From assembly GCF_000018105.1 (NCBI RefSeq), contig NC_009933.1, positions 1 to 32,000 of the forward strand: 32,000 bases of DNA. Direction: 5' to 3'. The notes beneath the pieces are model-generated. The model was not told the origin of the DNA, made no database searches, and saw only the letters and a list, made by a program, of their open reading frames with translations. Shown here piece by piece: positions 23,301 to 31,908 of the stretch. Every line of letters begins with the position of its first letter. Within the stretch, counting starts at the first letter, position 1. Both the position numbers and the translations under genes were made by a program. The DNA is from Acaryochloris marina MBIC11017 (GTDB lineage: Bacteria > Cyanobacteriota > Cyanobacteriia > Thermosynechococcales > Thermosynechococcaceae).

Positions 23301-23981
23301 GTGCGCCAGGTTTGCCAACTGTATGAATCAGCAGCTGAACTGGAAGCTCACCAGATTCACCTTGTTAGTACGGATGAAATGACTGGCATTCAGGCGCTTG
23401 AACGACTGCACCCAGACCAAGCTATGCAACCAGGTCAACCGCGTCGTTTGGAATTTGAATATGAGCGGCATGGTACCCTCAGTCTCATCGCCAACTGGCA
23501 TGTGGCTCTGGGAAAGGTGATTGCGCCTTCTATCGGACCCACGCGAAAAGAATTTGACTTTGCCAATCATATTGCCAAGACAGTTGAAACAGCACCGGAC
23601 GATGGGTGGGTTTTTCTGCTCGACCAGCTCAATACCCATCGATCTGCTTCCCTTGTGCGATGGGTCGCTGTCTGTTGCGGTATTGATTCAGATTTAGGCG
23701 TTAAGGGTCAATCTGGTATCCTTCAATCGATGGAAACTCGCACGGCCTTCTTGAGCGACCCCAGCCATCGGATCCGATTTGTTTATATCCCCAAACATAC
23801 CTCCTGGCTCAATCAGATTGAATGCTGGTTTAGTATTTTGGTGCGTCGATTGATTCGTCGAGGAAATTTCACCTCCACGGATGATTTGCAACAGCGCATC
23901 CTCGATTTTATTGAATATTTCAATCACACTATGGCCAAACCTTTCCAGTGGCAATTTAAGGGATTCACGCCGCATGGATAA
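23301..23981 (+). CDS. IS630 transposase, DDE part (orfB; frame open from 23208)
   Basis: The upstream in-frame sequence reads GEAELQPHRSRYWLNANPEDPEAFEAKV. DDE_3-type body (STDEMTGIQ..., LLDQLNTH, NQIECWFS). Needs a +1 shift near T6G4 at 23212-23221. Confidence 0.8.
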   Translation: MRQVCQLYESAAELEAHQIHLVSTDEMTGIQALERLHPDQAMQPGQPRRLEFEYERHGTLSLIANWHVALGKVIAPSIGPTRKEFDFANHIAKTVETAPDDGWVFLLDQLNTHRSASLVRWVAVCCGIDSDLGVKGQSGILQSMETRTAFLSDPSHRIRFVYIPKHTSWLNQIECWFSILVRRLIRRGNFTSTDDLQQRILDFIEYFNHTMAKPFQWQFKGFTPHG

Positions 23982-24011
23982 CTGATGAACTATTTACAGA
24001 TCTATGGACTA

Positions 24012-24462
24012 GGACGCGAGTAGAGTCAGTACGCTGCTGCCCTCTGGCTTTAACCAGTCCTTTGTTCTGACAGCATTGCAGCAATTTGTCTAGTAGTAGA
24101 TGCTCTAGTTCACCAGCCATAAGGCGGTCTCGAAATTCGCTCAGGACGCTGAAGTCAAAGCCTTCGTCAGTTAGATCCAGGCCTAGCAGATATTTCCAAT
24201 CAATGCGAGATCGTACTGCTTCAGCTGCTTGGCGGTCAGATAGGTTTTCCCGAAATTGAAGCACGGTTACCAAAGCCAGTCGCCATGGCGGTAGCCCTGG
24301 CTGACCAGTAACAGAAAACAGGGCTTGGAAGTCAGCATCGTCAAATACTGGGCCGATTTCATCTCGCAACGTCAGGTATGGATTGCCTTTGGGAAAAGCG
24401 GCTTTAGCGACGCGAACCGTTTCTGACGGCACTGGGTTAATGGACTGCGGACTCAGGGACAT
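24012..24462 (-). pseudogene. IS1182/IS5-like transposase N-terminal fragment, truncated by IS630
   Basis: DUF772-type N-terminus (...RIDWKYLLGLDLTDEGFDFSVLSEFRDRL...QQRTDSTRVL) ends at the IS630 right junction. Confidence 0.7.
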
Positions 24463-24620
24463 CGTTCATCGCCTCCAAGTATTGATACACCGCCTTTAGG
24501 CTAGCTCTGGTCCGATACTTTTGAGTTCGCCAACAGTATCCGACCGTTTTCTTTGCACTCTCGTTTTCATGGCATTGGAGCCTTGATTAGCATAAAGAAA
24601 CTCGTCTAAAATTCAAAACT

Positions 24621-24644
24621 AGATAAACCCTTTATGATTTATCT
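24621..24644. promoter_or_regulatory. Inverted repeat upstream of the recombinase gene (candidate recombination/operator site)
   Basis: AGATAAA-ccctttatga-TTTATCT, 26 nt before ATG 24670. Confidence 0.3.
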
Positions 24645-24669
24645 TTCTTAGCTTCCAGCAGGGGACGAT

Positions 24670-25296
24670 ATGCTGATTGGCTACGCACGAGTATCGAAGG
24701 TTGATGGCTCTCAGGTTCTCGATCTGCAGATGGATGCATTGCTTGAAGCCGGTGTGCCAGAAAATAGGATTTACAAGGACAGAGTTTCTGGCAAGACGGC
24801 TCGACGACCAGGGCTAAAGGCTTGTCTCAAGGCGCTGCAACCTGGCAATACGCTGGTGGTTTGGAAGTTAGACCGTTTGGGGCGAGATCTCAAGCATCTC
24901 GTCGATGTTGTTGGTGAGCTACGGCAACGGGAGGTAGGATTTAAGGTACTCGCAGGTGCTGGTGCAGAGATTGATACCACCACTGCCAATGGGCGCTTGT
25001 TCTTTGCGGTCTTTGCGGCGCTGGCAGAGTATGAACGAGAATTAATTGCTGAACGAACACGGGCTGGATTGAAGGCGGCACGAGCGAGAGGGCGGATGGG
25101 CGGACGACCGCGCAAAATGGATGTTGCTACGCTTCAGATGGCGATGAGTGCCATGAGTGACCCAAGAGCGTGTGCTAAGGAGATAGCTCAGAAGCTTGGG
25201 ATGACGACAGCGACGCTTTACACCTATGTCAACGGAGACGGTTCCGCAAAGGCCGCTGGTCTACGTTTGCTTGATAGGTCGCGAGAAGTCCAATAG
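24670..25296 (+). CDS. Serine recombinase (resolvase/invertase family)
   Basis: MLIGYARVSKVDGSQVLDLQ (catalytic Ser motif), VVWKLDRLGRD, ALAEYERELIAERTRAGL, and a C-terminal HTH. Confidence 0.9.
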   Translation: MLIGYARVSKVDGSQVLDLQMDALLEAGVPENRIYKDRVSGKTARRPGLKACLKALQPGNTLVVWKLDRLGRDLKHLVDVVGELRQREVGFKVLAGAGAEIDTTTANGRLFFAVFAALAEYERELIAERTRAGLKAARARGRMGGRPRKMDVATLQMAMSAMSDPRACAKEIAQKLGMTTATLYTYVNGDGSAKAAGLRLLDRSREVQ

Positions 25297-25348
25297 AGAG
25301 GCTTTTTAGCTCACCGTTGCCGACGAATGCCTTGCTGTTTCAACTGTT

Positions 25349-26209
25349 ATGGATAAACAGACGCCACTTTCAATATGGAATCAGCTAAACTCCCGGCAGC
25401 AGAAGTACTTGGAGCTGATTTATCAGGCTGACCAATCGGCTGAGCGGTTTGAAAAGATGAGTTGGAATAACGGTCGGCGTTCTCGACCAGCATCTGTCTG
25501 GCGATGGCTGTACTACGGCGATATCGATGATAGGCCCAGTCCTCTAAAGAGCCGATTGTTAAGAGCTGAGCTGGTTGACAACGGTACTGGCAGTACCCTA
25601 AATGCTTTAGAGCGTCGAACGTTAATTGAGTGTGATGGAACTGTCCCAGAGCTGTACATCAAGGTCACTCGCTTAGGCCGCAAGGCTGTCCGGACGGGAA
25701 CTAATGAGTCTGTTTTTAAAGCACCTAGAACGCCAAAAGGGATGCTTAGTTACAAAGCATGGCAGGCGATGGTCCTTGTCTTCAAAGCAGGGAAAGAAGG
25801 GGTCCAGCATGACGGATATAGCAAATATACCGAAGGCATCCACATGTATACCTGGAGACATTTGGAACAGCTAGCCCCTCCGCTAATACAGGGTTATAGT
25901 TGTTCGCGTTTCACAGCCTTCGGCTTCATTTATTACAGTCGCCATTACGAGCAGTATCGAGAGACTTACCCAGATATAGACACACCTGAGTCACGACTGA
26001 CGATAGATGACATCATTAACAAACTCAGAGCTTTCAGGATGCAGACACTTGTTCAACTGGTGCAGATGAAGCGAGGGGTAAAAGGGATCCAAGAAGCGGC
26101 TGATGAAATCGGTACACCTGTTAGTTTTGCTGCTCTCAGCCAGTTTGAGGACGGACAGACGATTAAGCTTGAACAACTGGAGAAGATAATTGACTGGCTA
26201 GTTCAATGA
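25349..26209 (+). CDS. Hypothetical protein with C-terminal HTH-like segment
   Basis: 286 aa; ...IQEAADEIGTPVSFAALSQFEDGQTIKLEQLEKI. Confidence 0.55.
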   Translation: MDKQTPLSIWNQLNSRQQKYLELIYQADQSAERFEKMSWNNGRRSRPASVWRWLYYGDIDDRPSPLKSRLLRAELVDNGTGSTLNALERRTLIECDGTVPELYIKVTRLGRKAVRTGTNESVFKAPRTPKGMLSYKAWQAMVLVFKAGKEGVQHDGYSKYTEGIHMYTWRHLEQLAPPLIQGYSCSRFTAFGFIYYSRHYEQYRETYPDIDTPESRLTIDDIINKLRAFRMQTLVQLVQMKRGVKGIQEAADEIGTPVSFAALSQFEDGQTIKLEQLEKIIDWLVQ

Positions 26210-27218
26210 AACCACTGGGAAAGTGTTTCAGCCGAAACCGTAACTTTCTGTTCAAATGCCCCCGCTGGTCCAAGTGCTTTGATATCTCAGGGTTGTGCTT
26301 TTCCAGTAGTTCCAGTCGGGAAAAGGTAGAGTTAATTGCAGACTGGTCTTTACTGGTGAGCTTCCCATCAGGGCTAGCACCAAATCGGTCGATCAGGTCA
26401 GCTAGCAGTTCCCAGCCCTCATCCAGGCAAGCCACACGAGACTGTTGCACTGCTTGGGCAATACCATTGAGCATGAGCTGACTGGTTTTGATCCGCTCTT
26501 GAATCTCCTGAGCTTCTTTCTTTTGCTTGGCTGTCAGCCGCTTCTTTTGGGCTAACTCAGCTTGCAAGTCAGCATCGGCCTTGAGCTTATTTTTAAGGGA
26601 GGTGAGCTGGACGGGGCCATCGATAATCACCTGGAGGCTACCTGAGAAATCGTCAATACTGGGGAATTCTCCAGCATAGTAAATCAGGGCTTTTTCAATC
26701 TGCTTCTTTTTTCCGGGAATGGTTTCATTGAGTTTCTGCTCTAGCTCCACTAAGAAGGTTTTGAGCTGATCCGTGTAGGTATCGACTAAGCCTTGGCGCA
26801 AGGATGCCGCTTCCTTCTTGATTTCTTGAGCGAAGTCAACGGCGTCATTGATGATGCTTCCATCAATAAACCGGAAGGGCTTCACGTAGATGGTGAATTT
26901 CTTGTTGAACTTTTTCTGTAGGCCAGAGAGTTGATTTCGAGCCTTAGTGAATGCCTCAGAGAAGGCTTTGCGGTAGCCTCCCGCTAGTTCATCGACAACA
27001 TGAGGATCTAAGCCCAAGTCTTCGGCATCTAAACGGGTTGAGAGCCTTAAGCCTGAATCAATTTCGATGGAGAGCCGATACAGGTCACGATCTGCCAGGG
27101 TATCCCAGATATCTTCAACCGAGAGTTGCGGAGCGGAATCAATCTGGGGATTAGCTGACAAGTCGCCTTGTGGGTCTGAGGTCTTGGCTGAGACTAATCT
27201 GGTGATTAATTTAGTCAT
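26163..27218 (-). CDS. Hypothetical plasmid-type protein (351 aa, helical/coiled-coil rich)
   Basis: Long ATG-started ORF. Its 3' end overlaps the convergent gene by 47 nt. Family not confidently recognised. Confidence 0.6.
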   Translation of the reverse strand: MTKLITRLVSAKTSDPQGDLSANPQIDSAPQLSVEDIWDTLADRDLYRLSIEIDSGLRLSTRLDAEDLGLDPHVVDELAGGYRKAFSEAFTKARNQLSGLQKKFNKKFTIYVKPFRFIDGSIINDAVDFAQEIKKEAASLRQGLVDTYTDQLKTFLVELEQKLNETIPGKKKQIEKALIYYAGEFPSIDDFSGSLQVIIDGPVQLTSLKNKLKADADLQAELAQKKRLTAKQKKEAQEIQERIKTSQLMLNGIAQAVQQSRVACLDEGWELLADLIDRFGASPDGKLTSKDQSAINSTFSRLELLEKHNPEISKHLDQRGHLNRKLRFRLKHFPSGFIELASQLSSPVVQA

Positions 27219-27224
27219 GAGAAA

Positions 27225-27259
27225 TACTCACTTTCTCTATGGATTGTATATTGCCTAGT
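27225..27259 (+). promoter_or_regulatory. Conserved promoter-like element, copy g
   Basis: TACTCACTTTCTCTATGGATTGTATATTGCCTAGT; 66 nt before 27325. Confidence 0.35.
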
Positions 27260-27324
27260 AAAGATTTCGGACAAAGGAGGGCTTGCTATAATTCACCTGG
27301 CTTTGAAACCTTAAAACTCTGGGT

Positions 27325-27750
27325 GTGATGGATTTACGAGATTTTCAGGATAAGAGTTTGGCTGAGCTGGAAGAAATATTTTTAGAACCCCCTGAAACTG
27401 GATCTGATGCTCTGCTGTCTTCTGGGTTGGCGTTGAAAACAATTCAAGACAACAAGTTGTATTTGCCAGACTCCAAGGGCTTCAAGGTCTATGTGGAAGC
27501 GAATCTGGGAGTTACCTACATCCATGCTTTTCGCTGTATTCAAGCGGCTGAACTCGTATTGTTCTTGCAGCAGCATTTTAGTGTGCTGCCTCAGTCTGAG
27601 AGTGCTGCTCGGCCATTGGTGAAACTGTCGAGGGCAAATCAGCTTAAGGCTTGGGGGGAAGTGGTGAGGATTACTGCCGGGGATAAGTGGGCACCGGGGA
27701 AAGACAGGATAAAGAAGACTATTGCGGGGCTGGGGTTGGAGAAGGTCTAG
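27325..27750 (+). CDS. Hypothetical protein (141 aa)
   Basis: GTG 27325 / ATG 27328. The segment VLPQSESAARPLVKLS weakly recalls ParB/KorB-like plasmid proteins. Confidence 0.55.
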   Translation: MMDLRDFQDKSLAELEEIFLEPPETGSDALLSSGLALKTIQDNKLYLPDSKGFKVYVEANLGVTYIHAFRCIQAAELVLFLQQHFSVLPQSESAARPLVKLSRANQLKAWGEVVRITAGDKWAPGKDRIKKTIAGLGLEKV

Positions 27751-27807
27751 TTATCTGATTCTCGATGAATACCGAAAAATTATAATTTCTGATATCTGAA
27801 CTATGGA

Positions 27808-28221
27808 TTACAAGTTGCTAGGCTGAACAAACTGAACATCTACCTCACGTATCCAAACATTACTGAATTGCTTGAAGCTACTCCCTGGAATCATCAGAGA
27901 GTCTATTCCTTCCTCCTTGCGGGCCATAAAACTTCTGCGCCATAGTTCCCAGTCTTCTTGAGTCGGATGGTCAATACCTACACAATATTTCGCCCAGCTC
28001 TCTTGCTGATACTCTGAAGCTCTCAAAAAAGATCCTTTGACCTGTACAGAGATCAAACCTGCATCAATAAGCCCTTGAATCAATGCAGGATGCCCCATCG
28101 GTGACTCTAAGTCATTGTTAACAGGAGATTCATAGGCAAGCTCAAATTCTTCAACAGAATATCGTTTGGCAAGTCTAAGGATTTCTAATTGATCCAGGGA
28201 TAGAGATGGAATACTGATCAT
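27808..28221 (-). CDS. Hypothetical protein (137 aa)
   Basis: ATG-started ORF in a same-strand gene string. Confidence 0.5.
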   Translation of the reverse strand: MISIPSLSLDQLEILRLAKRYSVEEFELAYESPVNNDLESPMGHPALIQGLIDAGLISVQVKGSFLRASEYQQESWAKYCVGIDHPTQEDWELWRRSFMARKEEGIDSLMIPGSSFKQFSNVWIREVDVQFVQPSNL

Positions 28222-28289
28222 CTTAAAAACTCTCTACATGCAGTACAAATTTACTGATTCAAGTAAGTTATAAGGGCATAAACCAGGTT

Positions 28290-28643
28290 CTACCAAGGAT
28301 TTGAATAACTGACTATCTTCTTCCACGTCACTAGCTGATTACTCCAAGATCTCCCTTTGTCACAGGCGGCAACATACGCTTTCTCAGGATCGAAGATGTC
28401 CATGTGGTCAATTGTCAGATCGAGCCAGTCATCGTTTGGCTCACCTCCAGACTTAGCAAAGTCTACGCTGAGGGTATGAGGACGAAAGTCGAGAAAGATA
28501 TGGGATTTCGTCACATGCTTGCAGGCTATGGGAACCTCAAATCTTTGCATCGGTTTGCAGTGTTCATCAATGAGGGTTAATTCTAGGGTATCGCCAACCC
28601 TAAGCTGGTGCGATATTGGTTCTAAATCCTGATTCTTGTCCAT
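28290..28643 (-). CDS. Hypothetical protein (117 aa)
   Basis: ATG-started ORF in a same-strand gene string. Confidence 0.5.
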   Translation of the reverse strand: MDKNQDLEPISHQLRVGDTLELTLIDEHCKPMQRFEVPIACKHVTKSHIFLDFRPHTLSVDFAKSGGEPNDDWLDLTIDHMDIFDPEKAYVAACDKGRSWSNQLVTWKKIVSYSNPW

Positions 28644-28727
28644 AGAAGCTTAAACAAGACTATATACAAGTTTCCACTAATATAAAGGATGAATTATCAC
28701 AAAAAAAGTATCTTTTCAGACCAATCA

Positions 28728-28919
28728 CTACGTTTTTTGTTTACTCACAATCTTGGCATCAGGATATTTTTTGAGAACGGGTGTCCTGCTTTCACCCTGA
28801 CAAATCCACCCTAGCAACCAATCACGCTCATATCGTGGATGATTCTTGCCAGGATCAACCATGACACGAATCGGCTTGCGATAGTAGCGGATGATAATTT
28901 CAACACGTTCCATAGGCAT
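28728..28919 (-). CDS. Hypothetical small basic protein (63 aa)
   Basis: ORF 7 nt downstream of the coiled-coil gene. Confidence 0.4.
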   Translation of the reverse strand: MPMERVEIIIRYYRKPIRVMVDPGKNHPRYERDWLLGWICQGESRTPVLKKYPDAKIVSKQKT

Positions 28920-28926
28920 TACTGCC

Positions 28927-29232
28927 TTATACGCTACTGCTACCGTCTATTGCATCTACACGTCTTTTAAGTGCTTGCAGATCTTCTCGAACAGTCTGGA
29001 TATCGCCTTCTTGATTGATAGAGTATCCCACCAAGTCTGAAGTTATAGATCTTAGATCGGAAACTGTTTGCCCCAATGACGAAATTTGCTCAGCATTCGC
29101 TAAAACAACATCCTTTAGGTCTGCAATATTTGATATGAGCTGCATCTGGCTTTGTTGTAGCTCTTTTTGTCCAGCAAAAAGCTGCTGCATGTTGGCCTCG
29201 AAAGATTGTTGCCAGTTTGATCCGTTGGTCAT
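28927..29232 (-). CDS. Coiled-coil protein (101 aa)
   Basis: Its ATG overlaps the TGA of the XRE gene (ATGA). Heptad-rich Q/L sequence. Confidence 0.55.
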   Translation of the reverse strand: MTNGSNWQQSFEANMQQLFAGQKELQQSQMQLISNIADLKDVVLANAEQISSLGQTVSDLRSITSDLVGYSINQEGDIQTVREDLQALKRRVDAIDGSSSV

Positions 29233-29474
29233 GACTTTCTAGTGTCCTTTTCCCATTTCATTAATAGCCCCGGTTGTATTTCGTATGTATCACAAATCTT
29301 CCTGAGAACGTCCGGGGAAGGCAGTTGATCAGGATTCTTATAGAGAGCGTAAGCGGTTGTCTTAGAGATGCCAGCATCTCCTCCGAGAGCATAGGGAGTT
29401 ATTCCTCGCGAGTCCAAAAACTCCTTCACTGTATTAATCATGGGCATAGTTTCTGGAATTACCACCTTAATCAT
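29229..29474 (-). CDS. XRE/Cro-type HTH transcriptional regulator
   Basis: MINTVKEFLDSRGITPYALGGDAGISKTTAYALYKN... The start is uncertain (TTG 29483, ATG 29474, 29447 or 29441). Confidence 0.7.
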   Translation of the reverse strand: MIKVVIPETMPMINTVKEFLDSRGITPYALGGDAGISKTTAYALYKNPDQLPSPDVLRKICDTYEIQPGLLMKWEKDTRKS

Positions 29475-29484
29475 ACTAACCAAC

Positions 29485-29589
29485 TAGTTGACAATGCCAG
29501 CTAGATAAAACAATTCTATCTCCAAGCGAAGAATGCATAAGTAGTTGTTATTATCAAGTAGTTGAAATGTTGCCATCTAGTTGATATTA
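29485..29589 (+). promoter_or_regulatory. Divergent control region with four TAGTTG(A/T) direct repeats and a candidate promoter
   Basis: TAGTTGACAATG 29485, TAGTTGTTATTA 29542, TAGTTGAAATGT 29559, TAGTTGATATTA 29578. TTGAAA (29562-29567), 17-nt spacer, TATTAT (29585-29590). Confidence 0.45.
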
Positions 29590-29672
29590 TTAATACATAA
29601 AGCAAAGGCACCGCTTCTAACCGTGGAAAGTTCAAGCGATGCCCTAGTTAAAACCCGATAGAGGCCATAACT

Positions 29673-29975
29673 ATGACAACTTTAACCGAAGCACCCACCA
29701 CCGTCACTGAACTGCTTCAGCTTGTTGACTCTCAAGTCACTGATCCCCTTCATCCTGAAGTGATTGCAGTCGAGATGCAGATCGAGAAATATCCCGGTGT
29801 TTGTGAGGGTGGCGATTTGTTTGAAGTCTATGCACCCGTCAAATCTAAGCCAGGTCTGATCCAGCCTCGCCTAGAGAGTTGGGTCAAGACTTTCTATGGT
29901 GATGACCACTGGCTAGCTGATTGGCGCACCATCCCCACCACTCGCCAGATTAAAGCCGAAAACGAAGAATTCTAG
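29673..29975 (+). CDS. Hypothetical protein (100 aa)
   Basis: ATG-started ORF downstream of the control region. Confidence 0.55.
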   Translation: MTTLTEAPTTVTELLQLVDSQVTDPLHPEVIAVEMQIEKYPGVCEGGDLFEVYAPVKSKPGLIQPRLESWVKTFYGDDHWLADWRTIPTTRQIKAENEEF

Positions 29976-30044
29976 AAATGCCCAGGGGCACCCTAGCCCC
30001 TCCCACACCACACATACCCACTCGCTACACAGGGGCTAAATACC

Positions 30045-30422
30045 ATGATTACCGCTGAAGATCTTCAGGCTGAACTCGCGCATTGTCATTGCAGTGAATC
30101 TCACTATCAGCATTGGCTGGGCATCCGATACACAGAAGGCGTCAAAACACTCGCAGAGAAAGGGGAATGTTTCTGGCTCCTCGACGCGATCGCAAGTTAT
30201 CAACGGGTGCGACTCATCAAGTGCAATCCCAACCTCCAAGAATTCCAGCTTTGGTTGCTGACCGTAAACGACGGCCATAGCGCTGTCTTAGCCTGCTACG
30301 AAGACAGCCCCAGCACTTGTAGCCCTGTCATTACCCAAGATATTCCTTTCACTGATTTCGTCCTGCCAGAAATCAAGCTGTATGTGGAATACGGCGTTGT
30401 GCTGCTGCCGTCAGAGCATTAA
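30045..30422 (+). CDS. Conserved plasmid/phage-type small protein (125 aa)
   Basis: The pattern SESHYQHWLGIRYTEGVKTLAEKGECFWLLDAIASYQ resembles a family common in plasmid establishment regions (possibly DUF6876; from memory only). Confidence 0.55.
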   Translation: MITAEDLQAELAHCHCSESHYQHWLGIRYTEGVKTLAEKGECFWLLDAIASYQRVRLIKCNPNLQEFQLWLLTVNDGHSAVLACYEDSPSTCSPVITQDIPFTDFVLPEIKLYVEYGVVLLPSEH

Positions 30423-30487
30423 TCTCCCTGGCCTGGGTGGTGCCTAACCACCCGCCGCTACATTCCAACTTCAACGAGATTTCAACA

Positions 30488-31471
30488 ATGAACCCTAAAG
30501 ACTATGATCGGACGATCATCATGTTCTCTGGTGGCAAAGATTCTTTGGCCTGCATCCTCTGGGCCATCGAGAACAACTGCCCCAAAATTGAGCTTTGGCA
30601 TCACCTTGTAGACGGGTTGCCCGTGCAAGGCCAGACCGCTTCCACCCTAATGGATTGGCCGATCACATCAGGCTACTGCAAGGCTGTGGCCCGTTTGCTT
30701 TCTCTCCCAATATATTTTTCTTGGCTGGAAGGTGGTTTTGAGCGTGAGATGAATCGCTCCAACCAAGCCAAAGCAAAAACTTGGTTTGAAACGCCTGATG
30801 GACTGCACTCTGCTGGGGGCAATGGTGGTAAGCAATCTACTCGCCAGAAATTTCCTCAAATCTCCGCTGATTTAAGCGTCCGTTGGTGTTCGGCATATCT
30901 CAAGGTTGATGTCGGTGCGATCGCAATCCGAAACCAATCCCGATTCAACGATTCCAAAACTTTGGTGATTACTGGGGAACGGGCCGAGGAATCACCCGCA
31001 CGAGCCAATTATGCAGAGTTTGAGCCAGACCGCACAGACAACCGTGATGGTAAATCCAATCGCCATGTGGATCGATTTCGCCCGATCCATGGCTGGAAGG
31101 AATCGGAGGTCTGGGCCATCATCCAACGACATGGCATCATCCCCCATCCTGCCTATCATCTCGGCTGGGGCCGATTGTCCTGTATGAGCTGCATCTTTGG
31201 TAGTCCTAACCAGTGGGCGACCATTCGCAAGATTGCGCCAGCGCATTTTGAGCGGATTGCCAACTATGAGCAGAGATTTTGCACCACGATTCAACGCAAG
31301 CGTTCAGTGCATGAGCTGGCTAATCTGGGCACACCTTACGCCGAAGCCAATAATAGCCAACTCGTGAAAATGGCTCTCTCTAGTGAGTGGGGGGATTATC
31401 CCATCTGGACCCATCCCCAAGCATGGGCTTTGCCTGCCGGGGCTTATGGCGAGAGCAATGGACCGACTTAA
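30488..31471 (+). CDS. PAPS-reductase-like PP-loop ATPase family protein
   Basis: IIMFSGGKDSLACILW (SGGxDS PP-loop), SVRWCSAYLK, RLSCMSCIFGS (CxxC). ATG 30488 within the ORF that opens at GTG 30437. Confidence 0.8.
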   Translation: MNPKDYDRTIIMFSGGKDSLACILWAIENNCPKIELWHHLVDGLPVQGQTASTLMDWPITSGYCKAVARLLSLPIYFSWLEGGFEREMNRSNQAKAKTWFETPDGLHSAGGNGGKQSTRQKFPQISADLSVRWCSAYLKVDVGAIAIRNQSRFNDSKTLVITGERAEESPARANYAEFEPDRTDNRDGKSNRHVDRFRPIHGWKESEVWAIIQRHGIIPHPAYHLGWGRLSCMSCIFGSPNQWATIRKIAPAHFERIANYEQRFCTTIQRKRSVHELANLGTPYAEANNSQLVKMALSSEWGDYPIWTHPQAWALPAGAYGESNGPT

Positions 31472-31477
31472 AGGGCA

Positions 31478-31512
31478 GCTTTGAACGCTTACACAATTCT
31501 CTATTGCCTGAT
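31478..31512 (+). promoter_or_regulatory. Conserved promoter-like element, copy h (degenerate)
   Basis: GCTTTGAACGCTTACACAATTCTCTATTGCCTGAT; 67 nt before ATG 31579. Confidence 0.3.
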
Positions 31513-31578
31513 CGGGCAATCCATCTATTTCTCACTCTTTCTCTATTTCTTCATCCCATTCGCTTCAGAGGGCCAATC

Positions 31579-31908
31579 ATGAACAAACCAACCACGCGAT
31601 ACCAACTCATTCCACGAGTCCAGTTCACCACAACGATTGAACTCCACGACCAGCAGACGGCAATCCTTAACCGCCTGGTGCTGAGTAGCAAAGATTTGAC
31701 CGATGACGAAGCTCTAGACCTGTGGCTGTCAATTAACCCCTATGTCCACACCTTCCAACATTCCACCCCCAGAGATATCTTTTCTTCTTTGAGATATGCA
31801 GCCCTCGCTGCTCTACCAAATAATCCCAAGCCTTCTTACCCCGTGGAGCTACTGAACTCAGTTCGTTCAGAGATTGAGGCCGATGGTCAGGACTTCATTT
31901 GCTGCTAA
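31579..31908 (+). CDS. Hypothetical protein (109 aa)
   Basis: ATG 31579 (MNKPTTRYQL...) within a longer ORF that overlaps the previous gene. Confidence 0.5.
   Translation: MNKPTTRYQLIPRVQFTTTIELHDQQTAILNRLVLSSKDLTDDEALDLWLSINPYVHTFQHSTPRDIFSSLRYAALAALPNNPKPSYPVELLNSVRSEIEADGQDFICC

Larger units (their letters stand above)
22636..24009 (+). mobile_element. IS630-family insertion sequence flanked by TA
   Basis: Imperfect terminal IRs GTCCTAGATTTTGAAGATAACCCATCAGTTAT and (reverse complement) GTCCATAGATCTGTAAATAGTTCATCAGTTAT. TA at 22634-22635 and 24010-24011. Confidence 0.8.
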
